Part shown: piece by piece, positions 63,764 to 64,000 of the stretch
Numbering within the stretch: the stretch's first letter is position 1
Layout: each line of letters starts with the position of its first letter
From: Pseudomonadota bacterium
GTDB lineage: Bacteria > Pseudomonadota > Alphaproteobacteria > Caulobacterales > Parvularculaceae
DNA length: 64,000 nucleotides
NCBI GenBank assembly: GCA_039192395.1
Contig: JBCCXE010000008.1
Coordinates: forward strand, 8,689-72,688
Reading direction: 5' to 3'
Made by a program: the position numbers and the translations under genes
The notes under the pieces: generated by a model
What the model was told of the DNA's origin: nothing
Databases searched by the model: none
What the model saw: only the letters and a program-made list of their open reading frames with translations

Positions 63764-64000
63764 TCAGAACGCCTTTGCGTCGTCGCGGTCAAACCGCGGC
63801 AGATCGTTAAACTGGTGGAACGGCGGCGGCGACGACAATGTCCATTCGAGAGTTGTCGCGCCCTCGCCCCAGGGATTGGAAACGGCTTTGCGGCGATAGA
63901 CGAAGAATGCATCGAACATCGCGATCGCAAAGATCACCAACGCAAACACCATAACGAGATAGCCAACCGACGATACGTAATTCCAGAGCGTAAACGCCTC
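63764..64000 (-). CDS. coxA: Cytochrome c oxidase subunit I, C-terminal part (partial)
   Basis: EAFTLWNYVSSVG..NPWGEGATTLEWTLSSPPPFHQF. Confidence 0.92.
   Translation of the reverse strand, partial: EAFTLWNYVSSVGYLVMVFALVIFAIAMFDAFFVYRRKAVSNPWGEGATTLEWTLSSPPPFHQFNDLPRFDRDDAKAF

Overview
GC-rich alphaproteobacterial chromosomal segment. The gene set (ctrA, long-linker FtsZ, cox operon order) suggests a Caulobacterales/Parvularculales-like organism, which is inference. From left to right: (1) part of an XrtA/PEP-CTERM-type exopolysaccharide locus (outer-membrane barrel, BY-kinase, chain-length determinant, Wza, PrsT-like TPR protein, short phosphoglycosyl transferase, plus a divergent GT4 and WalW-like deacetylase); (2) a lone fliO; (3) a branched-chain 2-oxoacid dehydrogenase operon; (4) a complete dcw cluster from mraZ to ftsZ, followed by lpxC, bamD, recN and ligA; (5) a degenerate fliJ-like gene divergent from ctrA, then a pseudo-receiver NarL/LuxR regulator and an AT-richer alpha/beta hydrolase; (6) acyl-CoA ligase, cca, a Nudix CoA pyrophosphatase, DUF1285 and sppA, divergent from a MoxR-DUF58-DUF4159-vWA operon; (7) the 3' part of an aa3 cytochrome c oxidase operon. 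I saw no rRNA, tRNA, CRISPR array, phage gene or transposase. Most genes are ordinary housekeeping genes, and the interesting signal is mainly regulatory or structural. The dcw promoter carries MraZ repeats, CtrA half-sites and an alphaproteobacterial SOS (LexA) box. There are exact CtrA boxes at fliO and ftsZ. Two flagellar export genes lack their usual partners. FtsI has KSA in place of KTG. A nested palindromic mosaic element exactly fills the space between two convergent stop codons. All annotations come from motif recognition by eye; no database searches were run.
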